A stretch of 42,552 nucleotides of DNA from an uncultured Candidatus Rokubacteria bacterium (GTDB lineage Bacteria > Methylomirabilota > Methylomirabilia > Rokubacteriales > DASRDR01), in assembly GCA_963805625.1 (NCBI GenBank), contig CAWDVE010000001.1:1-42552 (forward strand). Direction: 5' to 3'. The first letter of the stretch is position 1, and the number at the start of each line of letters is the position of its first letter. A program made the translations under genes and the position numbers. A model generated the notes under the pieces. It was given only the letters and a program-made list of their open reading frames with translations, searched no databases and was not told where the DNA came from. This document shows, piece after piece, positions 9,616-20,197 of the stretch.

Positions 9616-9815
9616 TCCGCTTCGACGTGCTCACGAAGACCCAACAGCCCGAGCTCCACCGCTATTGGACGACCGGGGACCGGGCGGCGAACGTCCGCCT
9701 CTACCGCCTGGCCGCCGATGTGCTCGCCGCAGTCGACGTGGGCGTCTTCCCATCGCGCGTGGGTTGGCACTGCCCGGACTGCCCGGTCCGGAGCCGCTGC
9801 TGGGCGTGGGGGTGA
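9616..9815 (+). repeat. PD-(D/E)XK nuclease 3'-end fragment, copy 2
   Basis: RFDVLTKTQQPELHRYW...HCPDCPVRSRCWAWG*, homologous to 8345-8544. Confidence 0.9.
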
Positions 9816-10001
9816 GCATCGTGCGATCCTGCTGTGGCGTCCGCAACGGCGCACACGCGGTGCGGGACGCACTTCGCGCTGACCCTCAGCGACACGGGCA
9901 GTGCCGCTGCCGATCCCGGCGCGACCCCTACGGGTACGTGGTGCTGCCCCGCAGGCCCGCTGGCGCGGACGATCGCGCCGCCGCGTCGGGATATCGAAGA
10001 C

Positions 10002-10520
10002 TCAGACCGGTCGTGATGGCAGAGAGAGGACGGAGGTGCGATTGTGTCGGACCGCACGCAAGTGCGAGGAGACGTCCCGGCCATTCAGCGTCACGGTGGC
10101 GGCGCCGGGCGGCTGGCTGAAGAATATCGGTCCGTGTGCATGGGAGGCCAGGATGTCCACACGGGCATCGTGCTGAGGATAGTGGGCGATGCGACCCAGA
10201 CCGAACGCCGTGGTTTCCAGAGTTCCGTGTGGAGACACTACTGTAAGCGCAGCGGCCCAACATTATCTGAGGTCGTCATGGCTACGTAGCAGCCCAAGGC
10301 CTTGTCCACGAGCAGCCAGGCCGGGCGGTGGTCCGTCGTCAAGACGGCGCCTTTCAACTCGATGCGGCCGGTCTTCCCGGCCCTGACGGTGTCGGCATCC
10401 ACGGACGGCGGGTCATAGCGCTGGCCGTTGACCTGGCATTCGATGAGGTCGTCGGTCTTGAGGTCGACCTTGATGGAGATGGTGTCGGCGCTGCTGCGGT
10501 AGATCGGCCCGTCCCTAGCG
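10002..10520 (-). pseudogene. Frameshifted C-terminal fragment of an unidentified protein
   Basis: Two protein-like frames (TISIKVDLKTDDLIECQVNG...GPLRL, then VVSPHGTLETTAFGLGRI...TVTLNGRDV) joined by a shift near 10240; no start. Confidence 0.35.
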
Positions 10521-10527
10521 CGGCTCG

Positions 10528-10872
10528 TCAGTCGCAGCGCTTCAACAGGATGTCGACCATCTTCACCGGCCGGCTCGTCGTGTTCCGGGTGTCGTGCGGC
10601 GTCAGACCCGGGAGCCAGTAGGCAGTCCCGGGCCGCAGCACCGTGCGCCCCGATGGGCTTTCGAGGACGATCTCGCCGTCGACGATGATGCCGACCTCTG
10701 CCTCGATGCCTTGATGCAGCCCGGTGCCCGTGCCCGGCGGATATGTGACGATCGTGATCCGCACCGAGGGGTTCTCGAGGATCACCTCCGGCATGGGCGG
10801 CTGGGCGGTGGCCGAGACCGGCGCCAGGGCGCCCGCAAGGATGAGGATCCTGAGGATCATCGACATGTCCAT
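10528..10872 (-). CDS. Secreted cupin-domain protein
   Basis: Signal peptide (ILRILILAGALAPVSATA), ENPSVRIT, cupin motifs TGLHQG...E and TPHDTRN; GAAGGGGG RBS. Confidence 0.8.
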   Translation of the reverse strand: MDMSMILRILILAGALAPVSATAQPPMPEVILENPSVRITIVTYPPGTGTGLHQGIEAEVGIIVDGEIVLESPSGRTVLRPGTAYWLPGLTPHDTRNTTSRPVKMVDILLKRCD

Positions 10873-11135
10873 GTCCCCCTTCTCGCATGATGCCTCCGCG
10901 ACCACGTCACGGCCGGCGCGATCCTTACGGCCATCATCGGATTGATCAAGAACAGGATGAGCTAGCCGAACTCGGGTTCGTATCTCGAGGCCGGTTCAGC
11001 CGGCTACCATCTCCTCAGCGCGGCCGCCGTCCTGAACACTGTGCCGATGCTGATCGCCCTCATCATCCTGCGGCGCCGCATCATGGAGTCGGTCGCCCTC
11101 GGGAATTCCCCATGCCGGGTCGGCCCGACAAGCTG

Positions 11136-12473
11136 TCAGCCCCCCGGTGCGAGCCAGAGAAGCGCGAAATAGAAAACGAAGCTGGCGTAAAGGAGTCCCA
11201 GGATGGCATGGGTCGCTTGGCGGACGCGCTGTGGGAGTGCTTCGAGGCCGAGAGCCAGCAGAGCAAGGAGGCCGGCAGTGGCGGGAAAGAGGTTCCGCCC
11301 CTGGAATACGGACCAAACCTCGGAGCGGTAGCCGGTGAAGACGACAAGCGCCAGGCTGGCGAGGAGCAAGGCGGCACTCACACCCTGTAGCGACCGACGC
11401 TCGCGCTCGACGGTGGACAGGGGAGGGCCGGCCACGGCGAACCGGCGGCGAGACACGAGCCGGATCAGGCCGATCCCCATCGTGAGCGTCGGCCCGAGAG
11501 CCAGGACGTAGATGACGGGAGCGACGAGCCGATCAGCCGTCGCGGACCGGAGGTTCGTCTCCGGAATGTGGGGGTACCAGAAGGTCGCGTACGTGAGGAG
11601 TGGGTATGACGAGGTCGTGGCCGGGCCCACCAGCGGGTTCCGGACCAGGGTGGCGATGCTCGGGAACTGACGCGGCTCGCCGGGCTTCCGCTTCTGAGCG
11701 AGGATGCCCGGTGGCGCCAGCTCGAGGGCGGTGACGGCTGGCCGGCCGTAACGGACGATGTCGTTCACGAACTTGTAGGAGCCAACGACGCCCGCGATCA
11801 GGACAAACGCGAGCCCGGCTGCCAGCACTCGTCGCCACCCTCGCCGGCGCTCTGTGACCAGGACCAGCCCGAGGAGACACGGCGCAAAGGCCACGAACGT
11901 CAGCTTCGTCAAGAGCCCTAGTCCGAGAAGCAGGGCCAGGTCCCTCCGGGAGCTGCCGGATGGGCGGCGAATGTAGGCGCGGGCTTGAAGGACGAGGAGG
12001 GAGCCGAGTGCGAACGCGAGCGCGTCGTTCGACACATAGTTTCCGAACAGCACGAGCTGCGGGAGGAACGCCGCCAGCGAGAGACACAGAGCCCGACAGG
12101 TCTCCCCGAGTGATCCGTCTCGGAGAAGGACGTAGAGAACGTAGAGGTTCACGATCGAGAGCAGCAGCGAAAAGGCCTGGGCAGCTTTCCAGCCGCCCGC
12201 GACGACCCAGGGCAGGGCAAGGAGATAGTAAAGTGGCGGGTGGTAGGCTTGCGGGACCGCGCGGATGTCGGGGAACCGTCCGGTAGCCAGGAACGCCGTG
12301 ATGACGCCGGCGTGGTCATCGTTGTTGAAGGGGCTCTGATAGAGGTAGACGAAGATCCTCAGGGCGATGCCGGTGGCCAGAATGATCTGGAGATGATGCT
12401 CCCGGTGCCCGCCTTCCCCGTCCGCGCCTGACGCGCGCCACTGCGCTCGCACCGGGGGACGCCAGCCGATCAT
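11136..12473 (-). CDS. GT-C fold membrane glycosyltransferase (ArnT/PMT-like)
   Basis: Multiple TM helices; NDDH luminal loop, QAYHPPLYY, VSNDALA, LLTKLT, QGRNLFP. Confidence 0.8.
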   Translation of the reverse strand: MIGWRPPVRAQWRASGADGEGGHREHHLQIILATGIALRIFVYLYQSPFNNDDHAGVITAFLATGRFPDIRAVPQAYHPPLYYLLALPWVVAGGWKAAQAFSLLLSIVNLYVLYVLLRDGSLGETCRALCLSLAAFLPQLVLFGNYVSNDALAFALGSLLVLQARAYIRRPSGSSRRDLALLLGLGLLTKLTFVAFAPCLLGLVLVTERRRGWRRVLAAGLAFVLIAGVVGSYKFVNDIVRYGRPAVTALELAPPGILAQKRKPGEPRQFPSIATLVRNPLVGPATTSSYPLLTYATFWYPHIPETNLRSATADRLVAPVIYVLALGPTLTMGIGLIRLVSRRRFAVAGPPLSTVERERRSLQGVSAALLLASLALVVFTGYRSEVWSVFQGRNLFPATAGLLALLALGLEALPQRVRQATHAILGLLYASFVFYFALLWLAPGG

Positions 12474-12536
12474 CGACCAGTCCTCATGCGGCTGAGACCG
12501 CCGCGCGGCCCGCGGCGTCGGACGCGGCCTTCCATG

Positions 12537-12920
12537 TCAGCGGCGGACCTTGGCCTCGATGCGCGCAAGGAACCGGGCCTGGTCGATCTGGAACCGCTCG
12601 TGCGTGCCCTCGACGATCCGTTCAGTCTTGTCGTGACCCTCGATCTCGAAGATCAGCCGCCGGCCGTCGACCTCGCGCAGGGTGGTCCCACGCATGCCGA
12701 CCGGTGTGGCCGCCAGGTGGCGGACATCGATCCGCGTCCCCACGGTGCCGGTGCCCGGTGGGAGATGACCAGCGACGGCGCGAATGGCGGCTTGCTCGAG
12801 GAGCGCCACCAGGCGGGGCGTGGCGAGGACGTGGACCCCTGTGTTCCCGAGCGCGTCTGCCGTGTCGTCGGGCCGCACGACGATCTCGACCTCTCCAACG
12901 AGTCCGGGGGCGATTGCCAT
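12537..12920 (-). CDS. Hotdog-fold thioesterase (fluoroacetyl-CoA thioesterase FlK-like)
   Basis: VLATPRLVALLE, GTVGTRIDVRHLAATPVGM, GTHERF; possible short in-frame deletion after PVGM. Confidence 0.85.
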   Translation of the reverse strand: MAIAPGLVGEVEIVVRPDDTADALGNTGVHVLATPRLVALLEQAAIRAVAGHLPPGTGTVGTRIDVRHLAATPVGMRGTTLREVDGRRLIFEIEGHDKTERIVEGTHERFQIDQARFLARIEAKVRR

Positions 12921-12932
12921 CGGAGCCCTCCT

Positions 12933-13520
12933 TCAGCGCGGGGGATGGACCAGGAAGAGCAGGCCGAGGCCGGCGACCAGGACCTCGAGCGCCACGACGA
13001 ACGAGCGATCGGTCATCCGGTCAAGTGTGCGACGTCCGAAGAACGCGCCCACGAACATGACCGCGCCCATCGCGAGGCCGAGGGCGCCGGTTTCCAGCGT
13101 CACACGAGGGCGTAGCGGCGGTATACCAGCGTTTTGGTGATATGGACGGCGGCGGCGCACGCGGCCTCGGTTCCAACGAACGCGCCGCGGCGGAGCCCGT
13201 AGCCCAGGAAGAACGGCATGTTTACGGGTCCGGTCGCGGCCACGAGCGCCGACAGGAGACCGGTCGCGGCGCTGAGCAGGGGAAAATGCCTGAGCCGCAT
13301 CCGCCGTGGGGCCCGTTCGAGCCAGCGATGGAGGGGGAGCGCCGAGAGCAGCACGAGGCCCATGAGGCGCGACAGCCACTCGGGCGCGGCCGCCGTGTAC
13401 ACGATGGAGCCCATCGCGGCGAGCGGCAATGCCCCGCGAGATAGGCCCCGATCACGCGCCAGTCGAGCTCGTTCCGGCTCCACCAGGCGCGAGAGACGTT
13501 GCCGACGATCAGCGCCACCG
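12933..13520 (-). pseudogene. TauE/SafE sulfite-exporter family membrane protein, 5'-truncated and frameshifted
   Basis: Membrane segments spread across three frames (ALIVGNVSRAWW / GPVNMPFFLGYGL...GTEAACA / LAMGAVMFVGAFFGRR...GLLFL). Confidence 0.75.
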
Positions 13521-13859
13521 TCAGGTTCCCGGAAATTGATCGGCGAGCAGCCCGAAGCCCGGGATGTTGGCGGTCCAGCCCCAGCCCGACGGAGTGAAGG
13601 CCAGCAAAGTCACCCTGAGCGCGTCCCCCGGCTCGGTGCCGGTGACAAAAACCGGGCCGGTCACCGGGTTAACCCGCGAGAAATCGAGCCGGGCCAGATC
13701 TTCCAGCGTGGCGTTCCGGCCGAGCTGGCCGCCCAGCGAATCCACGGTCTCGAGCTCGACGGTATCGCCGGGCGCGACCGTCAGCACCGGGGCAAACTGG
13801 TTGTTCCACCCGATGTGGTTCTGTTGGCGATGGATGGTGTGGCATTGCGGCGCGCCCAT
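13521..13859 (-). pseudogene. Acetamidase/formamidase family, N-terminal third only
   Basis: HIGWNN, PGDTVELETVD, RVNPVTGPV, PGDAL, GWGWTANIPGFGLLADQF, then an abrupt stop at the junction with the TauE fragment. Confidence 0.85.
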
Positions 13860-14485
13860 GCCGAATCCCGATCAGCTGACGGGAGCGGCCGCCCTACCGC
13901 GCGCCCAATGGCGCGGGGTGTCAGCACGTGCGCGGCTCTGGCGGTGATGGCGCGACGAGTCCGGGCGAAGTGGGGACCAGAAGGGTGTCGTCGGCCTTGG
14001 AGATGCGTGATCATTGTGGCCCGCGTCCCTGTAGGCTATTGCTCGTTGACGGAATATATCACGCAACGGTCGATGCGCGGGGTAATACCTGAAGGGCGCG
14101 CCACCCCGCATTCATGCCGTGGCCTGGTAGTGTCGTGGACGATCATTGGCGGCGCGCCGGCAGGACGAACACTGGGTCCGGTCAATCGTGGAGTCGGGCT
14201 TCACGGACGACAATGGGATCGAGCCAATCGTGCTTCATTCCGGGAAGCAGCTCGATGCCTCGAGCGCGCCCTTGGCCCCCCCAAGTCCGGGCGATCTCAT
14301 GGTTTGGCATCCTCATGTCGTGAGGGTAGCCGTTCGAGCCTTCGGTAGGCCGAATGATGGTCACCGGCGAGAGCCGGACGCCATGGTAGGTGCGGTATCA
14401 GCATTCACGCCTTGGTTCCGTTCCAGGTGATAGCCGTTCTCGCTCACCACGGCCAAGAACAGACTTCGAACCCCACGTTGACGCC

Positions 14486-14742
14486 CTGGCCGCGAAGCCG
14501 CCGCCGGGCGGCCCGTCCCCGCCGCCTGACCCGCGCGCGATCGCGCCCACCCCGTGGCGCGGCTGTCCCCGTCTGTTCGCCGGCACGGGGGGAGGGTTCC
14601 GGGCCCCTCCCGCGCCGACCTCCCGCTGCCGTTGCCTGGCTGACTGGCCGCGCGCTACCCTCTGGGCTCGGGGGCTGACGGGCGAGCGGGGAGGACGGGG
14701 GGCGGGGGAAGGAGACCGGGAAACGTGGCTAGCACCTCCTAC
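14486..14742 (+). mobile_element. IS91-family right end (last codons of transposase plus oriIS-like terminus)
   Basis: 14486-14582 is similar to 20320-20415 (...GGCGGCCCGTCCCCGC.GCCTGACCCGC...TCCCCGTCTG.TCGCC); ends CCTAC immediately before GTTC, an IS91-type target tetramer. Confidence 0.55.
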
Positions 14743-14747
14743 GTTCC

Positions 14748-15270
14748 AAGTCGCACGACGAGTACACGTTCGTCCACTCGGTCAACGTCTCGCTCCTGGT
14801 CCTGGCCCAGGCGCGCGGCTTCGGCTTCGACGGCCCCCTGCTCCACGCCATCGGCGTGGGGGCGCTGCTCCACGACGTGGGCAAGCTCCGCGTCCCCCTG
14901 GACGTCCTCAACAAGGCCGGGAAGCTCTCCGGCGACGAGTGGACGACGATGGCGAGCCATGCCGAGCTCGGCGCCCGGGAGCTGGCCGCGCTCTCGACGA
15001 GCGCCCCGCTCTCGATCCGGGTCGCCTACGAGCACCACCTGCGCTACGACGGCGAGCCGAACTATCCGGCCGTCCGGGGCCCGCGCAGCCCGACGCTCGC
15101 GAGCCAGCTCACGGCGATCGCGGAAGTGTACGACGCGATCTGCACGGTCCGGCCCTACCGGCGCGCCCTCACCCAGGCCGCCGCGCTCGACGTCCTGCGC
15201 TCGCGCGCCGGCACGTTCCAGGAACCCGTACCTGGTCGGCCAGTTCTGCCAGCTGGTGACGGCCGAGTGA
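14748..15270 (+). pseudogene. HD-GYP-type phosphodiesterase domain, 5'-truncated, with frameshift near 15222
   Basis: KSHDEYTFVHSVNV, LLHDVGK, YEHH, NYP, VYDA...RPYR; in-frame TAG at 14730 with no start; C-terminus (NPYLVGQFCQLV*) in another frame. Confidence 0.85.
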
Positions 15271-15313
15271 CCGCACCGGCCCGCGCTGCCGGCGAGGCCG
15301 AGCGCCGCGCCTG

Positions 15314-16909
15314 TTGACCGCGACCGGAGCGGTGCGCCGGATCCAGGACCACCTGCGCACGCACACCGCCCTGTGGCTGTGGGTGGTGATCGGCCTCGGC
15401 GCCGTGATCCGCCTGCGGACGTTCGCGCACGGCCGCTCTCTCTGGCTCGACGAGGCGTTCCTGGCGCTCTCGCTCATCGAGCGGTCGCCGCTCGAGCTCC
15501 TGCGACCCCTCGACTACGCCCAGGTCGTGCCGGTGGGCTATCTCCTCCTCCTGAAGACCGTGGCCGCGCCGCTCGACTACAGCGAGTGGGGCCTCCGGCT
15601 CGTGTCGCTCGCGGCCGGGCTCGTCACGCCGGTGCTGGGCTACGCGCTCGCGCGGCGGTGTCTCCCGCCGAGGGCGGTGGCGATGGCGGTCACCCTCCTC
15701 GCGCTCTCGCCGAACCTGATCCTCCTGGCGGGCGACGCCAAGCCCTATGCGAGCGACGTCGCGCTGAGCCTCGCCCTCACGCTCCTCGCGCTGGAGACGT
15801 TCCGGCGCGACTTCGCCTGGGACGCCGTCGCCCGCCTGGCGCTCGCGGGCGCCGTCGCGATCTGGCTCTCGACGCCGGCCCCGCTGGTCCTGGCCGGGAT
15901 CGGGCTCCTCGGCCTGGTCAAGGCCGGGCGGCGCGGGTCGTGGCGGATGTTCGGCCGGCTGGCCGCCGTCGGGCTGGCCGTGGGCGCGAGCCTGACCGTC
16001 GTCTGGGCCGTCGTCCTCCGCCACTACCTCGCGCAGAACCAGCTCATCCAGGAAGAGTACCGGGGTGGTTTCGTCCCCCTGCCGCCCCGCTCCCTCGCCG
16101 ACGTCCTCTGGTTCCAGACGACGTTCGTCGGGTGGTTCGACGACGCCGGCTTCGGTCTCGCGGCTCTCGCCGGCTTCGTCGGGCTCGTGGGCGCGGCGGT
16201 CCTGCTTCGCGAGGCGCGGGTGCCGGCTCTCCTCCTGCTCGCCCCCATCCCGGTCGCCGTGGCAGCCTCGGCGCTCCGCGCCTATCCCCTCTATGGGCGC
16301 CCGATGGCCTTCCTGATCCCGGCCCTCCTGCTGCTGGTCGCGGCAGGCGCCGACGGGCTCCGGCGCGCCACGGCCCCGAGTGTGCCCGCGGTTGGGCCGC
16401 TCCTCGTGGCCCTGCTCCTCTTTCACCCGCTCGTCCTGGCGGGCCATCAGCTCCTGGCGCCGCCCGAGCGGGAGGAGCTCCGGCCGGTGGCCCAGTACCT
16501 CCAGGATCACCGGCAGGCGGGCGACCTCGTCTACGTGTACTACGGGGCACAGTTCGCGCTCCGGTACTACGCGCCGCGCGTGGGCCTGCGGGCCCGGGAC
16601 GTGGTGACCGGCGTGGCGGCCCGCACGGCGTGGGCGCGCTACGTGGAGGATCTCCAGCAGCTCCGGGGCCAGCCGCGGGTCTGGGTCCTCTTCTCGCACG
16701 TCTACGCGCGGAGCGGCGTCGACGAGGAGCGGCTCTTCCTGCACCACCTCGACGCGATGGGCGCGCGGCTCGACCAGTTCCTGCGGACCGGCGCGGCCGT
16801 GTATCTCTACGACCTGCGCCAGGCGCCCGCCGGGCCCGCCGCGGCGCCCCTGCCCGCGCCGGGGGCGGCCGTCGAGCCGCCCGAGCTCCGCGGATGGCGC
16901 CGGCGCTGA
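15314..16909 (+). CDS. GT-C (family 39-like) membrane glycosyltransferase
   Basis: RSLWLDE motif, LRLVSLAAG, AKPYA, multiple TM helices, soluble C-terminal domain. Confidence 0.85.
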   Translation: MTATGAVRRIQDHLRTHTALWLWVVIGLGAVIRLRTFAHGRSLWLDEAFLALSLIERSPLELLRPLDYAQVVPVGYLLLLKTVAAPLDYSEWGLRLVSLAAGLVTPVLGYALARRCLPPRAVAMAVTLLALSPNLILLAGDAKPYASDVALSLALTLLALETFRRDFAWDAVARLALAGAVAIWLSTPAPLVLAGIGLLGLVKAGRRGSWRMFGRLAAVGLAVGASLTVVWAVVLRHYLAQNQLIQEEYRGGFVPLPPRSLADVLWFQTTFVGWFDDAGFGLAALAGFVGLVGAAVLLREARVPALLLLAPIPVAVAASALRAYPLYGRPMAFLIPALLLLVAAGADGLRRATAPSVPAVGPLLVALLLFHPLVLAGHQLLAPPEREELRPVAQYLQDHRQAGDLVYVYYGAQFALRYYAPRVGLRARDVVTGVAARTAWARYVEDLQQLRGQPRVWVLFSHVYARSGVDEERLFLHHLDAMGARLDQFLRTGAAVYLYDLRQAPAGPAAAPLPAPGAAVEPPELRGWRRR

Positions 16910-16991
16910 CCCGCGGGCGCCGGCCCGGAGGCCTCGCCAGCGTGTCGCGGCGCGGCGCCGCGGGATCTGTCGCCGGGCTTGCCTCCCGGAC

Positions 16992-17795
16992 CTCGACGGC
17001 GTGTACACGCGCGCGAGCCCGACCGCACGGCCGGTGTTCCACCGCCTCCCGCTGCCCACCGACGCCGACATCACGGCGCTCCTCACGCGGCTGCACCGGC
17101 GTGTGCGGCGGCTCCTCGCCCGCCGTGGGCGGCTGCCGGACGACGAGGGCCGCGACGCGTTCGCGGTGCAGGCGCCGCTGTTCGCGAGCGCCGTGGCCGC
17201 GTCGCTACAGGGCCGGGTCGCGCTCGGCCCGCGCGCCGGCAGCCGGTGCGACGCCTGCGCTCAGCGGTCGATGCGATCGCGACGGGGCGGCGCTCCGCCC
17301 GGCTGGAAGGCTTCAGCCTGCACGCGGACGTCGTGGTGCCGGGGCGCCGACCAGCTGGAAAAGGTGTGCCGTTACATCTTGCGCCCGCCGCTGGCCGTGG
17401 CGCGGTTGACGGAGAGCACCGGCGGGCCGCTACTCTACCACTTCCGACGGCCCTGGCGCGACGGCTCCACGGCGCTCGTGTTGGAGCTGCTGGAGCGGTT
17501 GGGGCGGCTCGTCGCCCTCGTGCCGCCGCCGCGCCGGCCGTTGCTCGCGTATCACGGGCTCCTCGCCCCGCGGGCCCGCTGGCGCTCGACGATCGTCCCG
17601 CCGCCCGCGCCTGACGACGGGCGCGCGGACGCCGGCGCGCGCTCGCCGAGACGGTGGCCGCGGGCGCGGCTCCTCCACCGGGTGTTCGCGAACGAGGTCC
17701 TGGTGTGCGACCGCTGCGGGGGCCCGCGCCGGATCCTGGGCGCGGTGACCGAGCCTCACGCGGTGCGGCGGCTCCTCACCGCCCTCGGCCTCGCG
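16992..17795 (+). mobile_element. IS91-family (rolling-circle, HUH) transposase remnant, frameshifted and truncated at both ends
   Basis: LDGVY, GFSLHA, LEKVCRYILRPP, PWRDGST, LVPPPR..LLAYHGLLAP and C-terminal CxxC; frameshifts near 17240 and 17345. Confidence 0.85.
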
Positions 17796-17963
17796 AACGC
17801 GGCGAAGGCGGCGCAGCTGGCAACCAACCGAATTCCGATCGTCTTCGCCGCCGTCGTGGGCGATCCGGTCGCACTGGGGCTGGTGCAGAGCTTCGCCCGG
17901 CCCGGGGGCAACATCACCGGCGTCACCGATACGGACCTCGACTTGAGCGCGAAGCGCCTGGAA
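17796..17963 (+). pseudogene. ABC substrate-binding protein (PF04392-like) internal shard
   Basis: AAKAAQLATNRIPIVF...GDPVALGLVQSFARPGGNITG...LSAKRLE fused in frame to the transposase remnant. Confidence 0.75.
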
Positions 17964-17968
17964 GCGAC

Positions 17969-18607
17969 TCATTGTGACGCGAGGTCTCGCCAGCAGCAGA
18001 GCTCGATGCGCGTCACCGGATGGACCTCCCAGAAGGTGATGCGCGTGTGGTGCGGATTGTCCCACATGAGCCAACCGGATACACGGATGCGCGTGTCGGC
18101 ACCGCACAGCGGGAGCAGTCGCTCCCAGGTGTAGGCCGGCTTCCGAGCTCGGATGCCGGGGGTCAGTTCCGTGAAGAACTGGTCTGGAGTGTCGCCGCCG
18201 AGACAGTGCCCCGGCCAGGCTTCGGCGAGCTGAATGTGGTAGTCCCCGTCTTGCATTTGCCGAAGGCGCGCGACGAAGCCCTCCACCATGACCCCTCGCT
18301 CTTCCAGAGCCGAAATCTCCGTGAATTGCTGCCGCGTGTACGCCCTCGGAAATTGGGGGAGGGCCGCAATCTCCAGGATGGTCATGCCCACCACTTGCCG
18401 CGGATCATCCAGTCGATTCTTCATGTCCTGCAGATGGGCTTCGCGTTCGGCCGCCGGCACCTCGTCCGGCCCGGCGGGACCCGAACCACCACCCCCGCAC
18501 TCGGCGACCAGAAGACTGAGCACGACCAGCGTGACGACGCGCTTGACCAAGCCGCCCCAGACCCCCGGGGCGAGAACCCGATCGTTAGACACTCTCCTCA
18601 TGGACAC
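17969..18607 (-). CDS. Hypothetical exported/lipoprotein, possible OB-fold
   Basis: Signal-like KRVVTLVVLSLLVAEC; motifs DGDYHIQL, ELTP, RVSGWLMWD, WEVHPVTRIE; true start may be near 18550. Confidence 0.7.
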   Translation of the reverse strand: MSMRRVSNDRVLAPGVWGGLVKRVVTLVVLSLLVAECGGGGSGPAGPDEVPAAEREAHLQDMKNRLDDPRQVVGMTILEIAALPQFPRAYTRQQFTEISALEERGVMVEGFVARLRQMQDGDYHIQLAEAWPGHCLGGDTPDQFFTELTPGIRARKPAYTWERLLPLCGADTRIRVSGWLMWDNPHHTRITFWEVHPVTRIELCCWRDLASQ

Positions 18608-18637
18608 CCCTCATCTGCGCGCTCCGCGCGCGCGATC

Positions 18638-19477
18638 TTACGGGGCCGCCGTGGAGGCCGGGCACGTTTCCGGCGGGCTGGACCGCCCGGCGCTCACGCA
18701 TACCACCGTGGCGAGCCAGAGCGTACCGAGCGCGAGGCTGGCGAGGACGTCCGTGAGCCAGTGCGCGTCCACCACGATGCGGGCCGCGCCCACCACGCTT
18801 GCGATGAGGAGCGCGCCGGCGTATGGGGATGATGCCGACGGCCTCCCGGTGAGACGACCAATCGTCCAGATGATCAGCCCAGCGACCACGAGCGTCATGA
18901 CGACGTGACCGCTGGGGAAGGCGTAGCTCGAGATCGCCACGGGGTGGTGGGCCAGGGCATTTGGCCGCGGGACGCGGAGCAGGCTCTTCAACCCCGTGAA
19001 CAGCGCCCACGCGCCGAGCGTGCCGGCCAGTAGGACGGAGGCCTCGCGCCAGCGGCGACGCCACACCAGGCCGATGCCGACCGTGAGCACCGCCCCCGTC
19101 AACCCGGCCCAGGTCAGGTCGCTGACAACCTCGGCGGCGCGCCTCACCCATGACCCCACGGTGGCGGCCAGTGCTGCGTCTCGAACGAGGACGTCCATGT
19201 CGACCAAGAGCTCGTCCTCCTGGTGGTCGAGTACCGCCTCGGCCGACGCAAAGAGAACGATGAGCGAGATCGCGGCGAAGAGCATCGCGGGGACGCGGGG
19301 CTGTCGCCCCAACGTCCGCACGAGGATCGCGAGAGGCGTGCGGCGATCCACATAGATCCAAAAGGCGACGAGCGGGGCGACGACGAGCACGCCCAAGCAT
19401 GCCGCGTCGGTCAGGTCATACCACGGCGACAGATGTGGGACGGTCACGGGTGCCTCGCTGCTCCGGTACCCCAGCAT
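18638..19477 (-). CDS. PAP2 family membrane phosphatase
   Basis: KxxxxxxRP (KSLLRVPRP), FPSGH, ARIVVDAHWLTDV motifs; start approximate. Confidence 0.85.
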   Translation of the reverse strand: MLGYRSSEAPVTVPHLSPWYDLTDAACLGVLVVAPLVAFWIYVDRRTPLAILVRTLGRQPRVPAMLFAAISLIVLFASAEAVLDHQEDELLVDMDVLVRDAALAATVGSWVRRAAEVVSDLTWAGLTGAVLTVGIGLVWRRRWREASVLLAGTLGAWALFTGLKSLLRVPRPNALAHHPVAISSYAFPSGHVVMTLVVAGLIIWTIGRLTGRPSASSPYAGALLIASVVGAARIVVDAHWLTDVLASLALGTLWLATVVCVSAGRSSPPETCPASTAAP

Positions 19478-19550
19478 AGCGCGCGGGGAGGGGCGAGGGC
19501 CCCAGGGGTTTACCTGGATGGCCCCGGGGCTTCCCTGGACTGTCACCCTG

Positions 19551-19805
19551 CTGGCGGCGTCGCTCCAGGGCCGGGTGCCGCTGGGCCCACGGGCCGGGCA
19601 CCCAGTGCGTCGGCTCCGCTCGGCGGCCGCCGTGACGGCGACCGGGCGGCGCTCGGCCCGATTGGAGGGGTTCAGCCTGCACGCCGACGTGGCGGTCCCG
19701 GCCCGCCGGCGGGACCAGATGGAGAAAGCTCTGCCGGTACATCGTGCGCCCGCCGCTGGCGCTTAAGCGGCTGACGGAGAGCACGGGGGGACCGCTGCTG
19801 TCTAT
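19551..19805 (+). mobile_element. IS91-family transposase internal fragment
   Basis: AASLQGRVPLGPRAG...GFSLHADVAVPARRRDQ...CRYIVRPPLA..RLTESTGGPLL; homologous to about 17195-17440. Confidence 0.85.
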
Positions 19806-19925
19806 GCTGCCGCTGACGTGTTGAAGGCCCATCCGACGCGGGTGAACGCCTTCGCCGCGCCACAGACAGGTCCCCTGGCCGCCCTCGTGGAGGACCGCGT
19901 TGTGCCGCTCGGTCTGCCGGTGCGT
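19803..19925 (+). pseudogene. Shard resembling an L-asparaginase internal segment
   Basis: YAAADVLKAHPTRVNAFAAPQTGPLA resembles the asparaginase DVxKxHT...AFxSP..GPL segment. Confidence 0.45.
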
Positions 19926-20001
19926 GATGCCATTGTCGCCGCTCGTGCACGGTTGGCTGGCGCATCGACCGGCAAAGACTCGCCGGTGATAGCATCGGAG
20001 C

Positions 20002-20196
20002 ATGAAGCGTCTCTATCGCAGCACGGACAACAAGATCGCAGGGGGAGTGATCGGAGGGATCGGCGAGTACTTCGACGTCGACCCGGTGCTCCTTCGACTT
20101 CTCTATGCGGCCGTCACCGTATTCACGGGCGTGATTCCCGGGCTCATCCTCTATGTCGCCTCGCTCTTCATCGTTCCGAAAAAGCCGGCGCAGTAG
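20002..20196 (+). CDS. pspC: PspC domain-containing protein
   Basis: MKRLYRS..NKIAGGVIGGIGEYFDVDPVLLRL followed by a TM helix; GGAG RBS. Confidence 0.88.
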   Translation: MKRLYRSTDNKIAGGVIGGIGEYFDVDPVLLRLLYAAVTVFTGVIPGLILYVASLFIVPKKPAQ

Positions 20197-20197
20197 C

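Noticed and set aside
13870-14480. ORFs in the lower-GC stretch between the acetamidase and the IS91 end
   Set aside because: None of the frames shows protein-like composition or motifs
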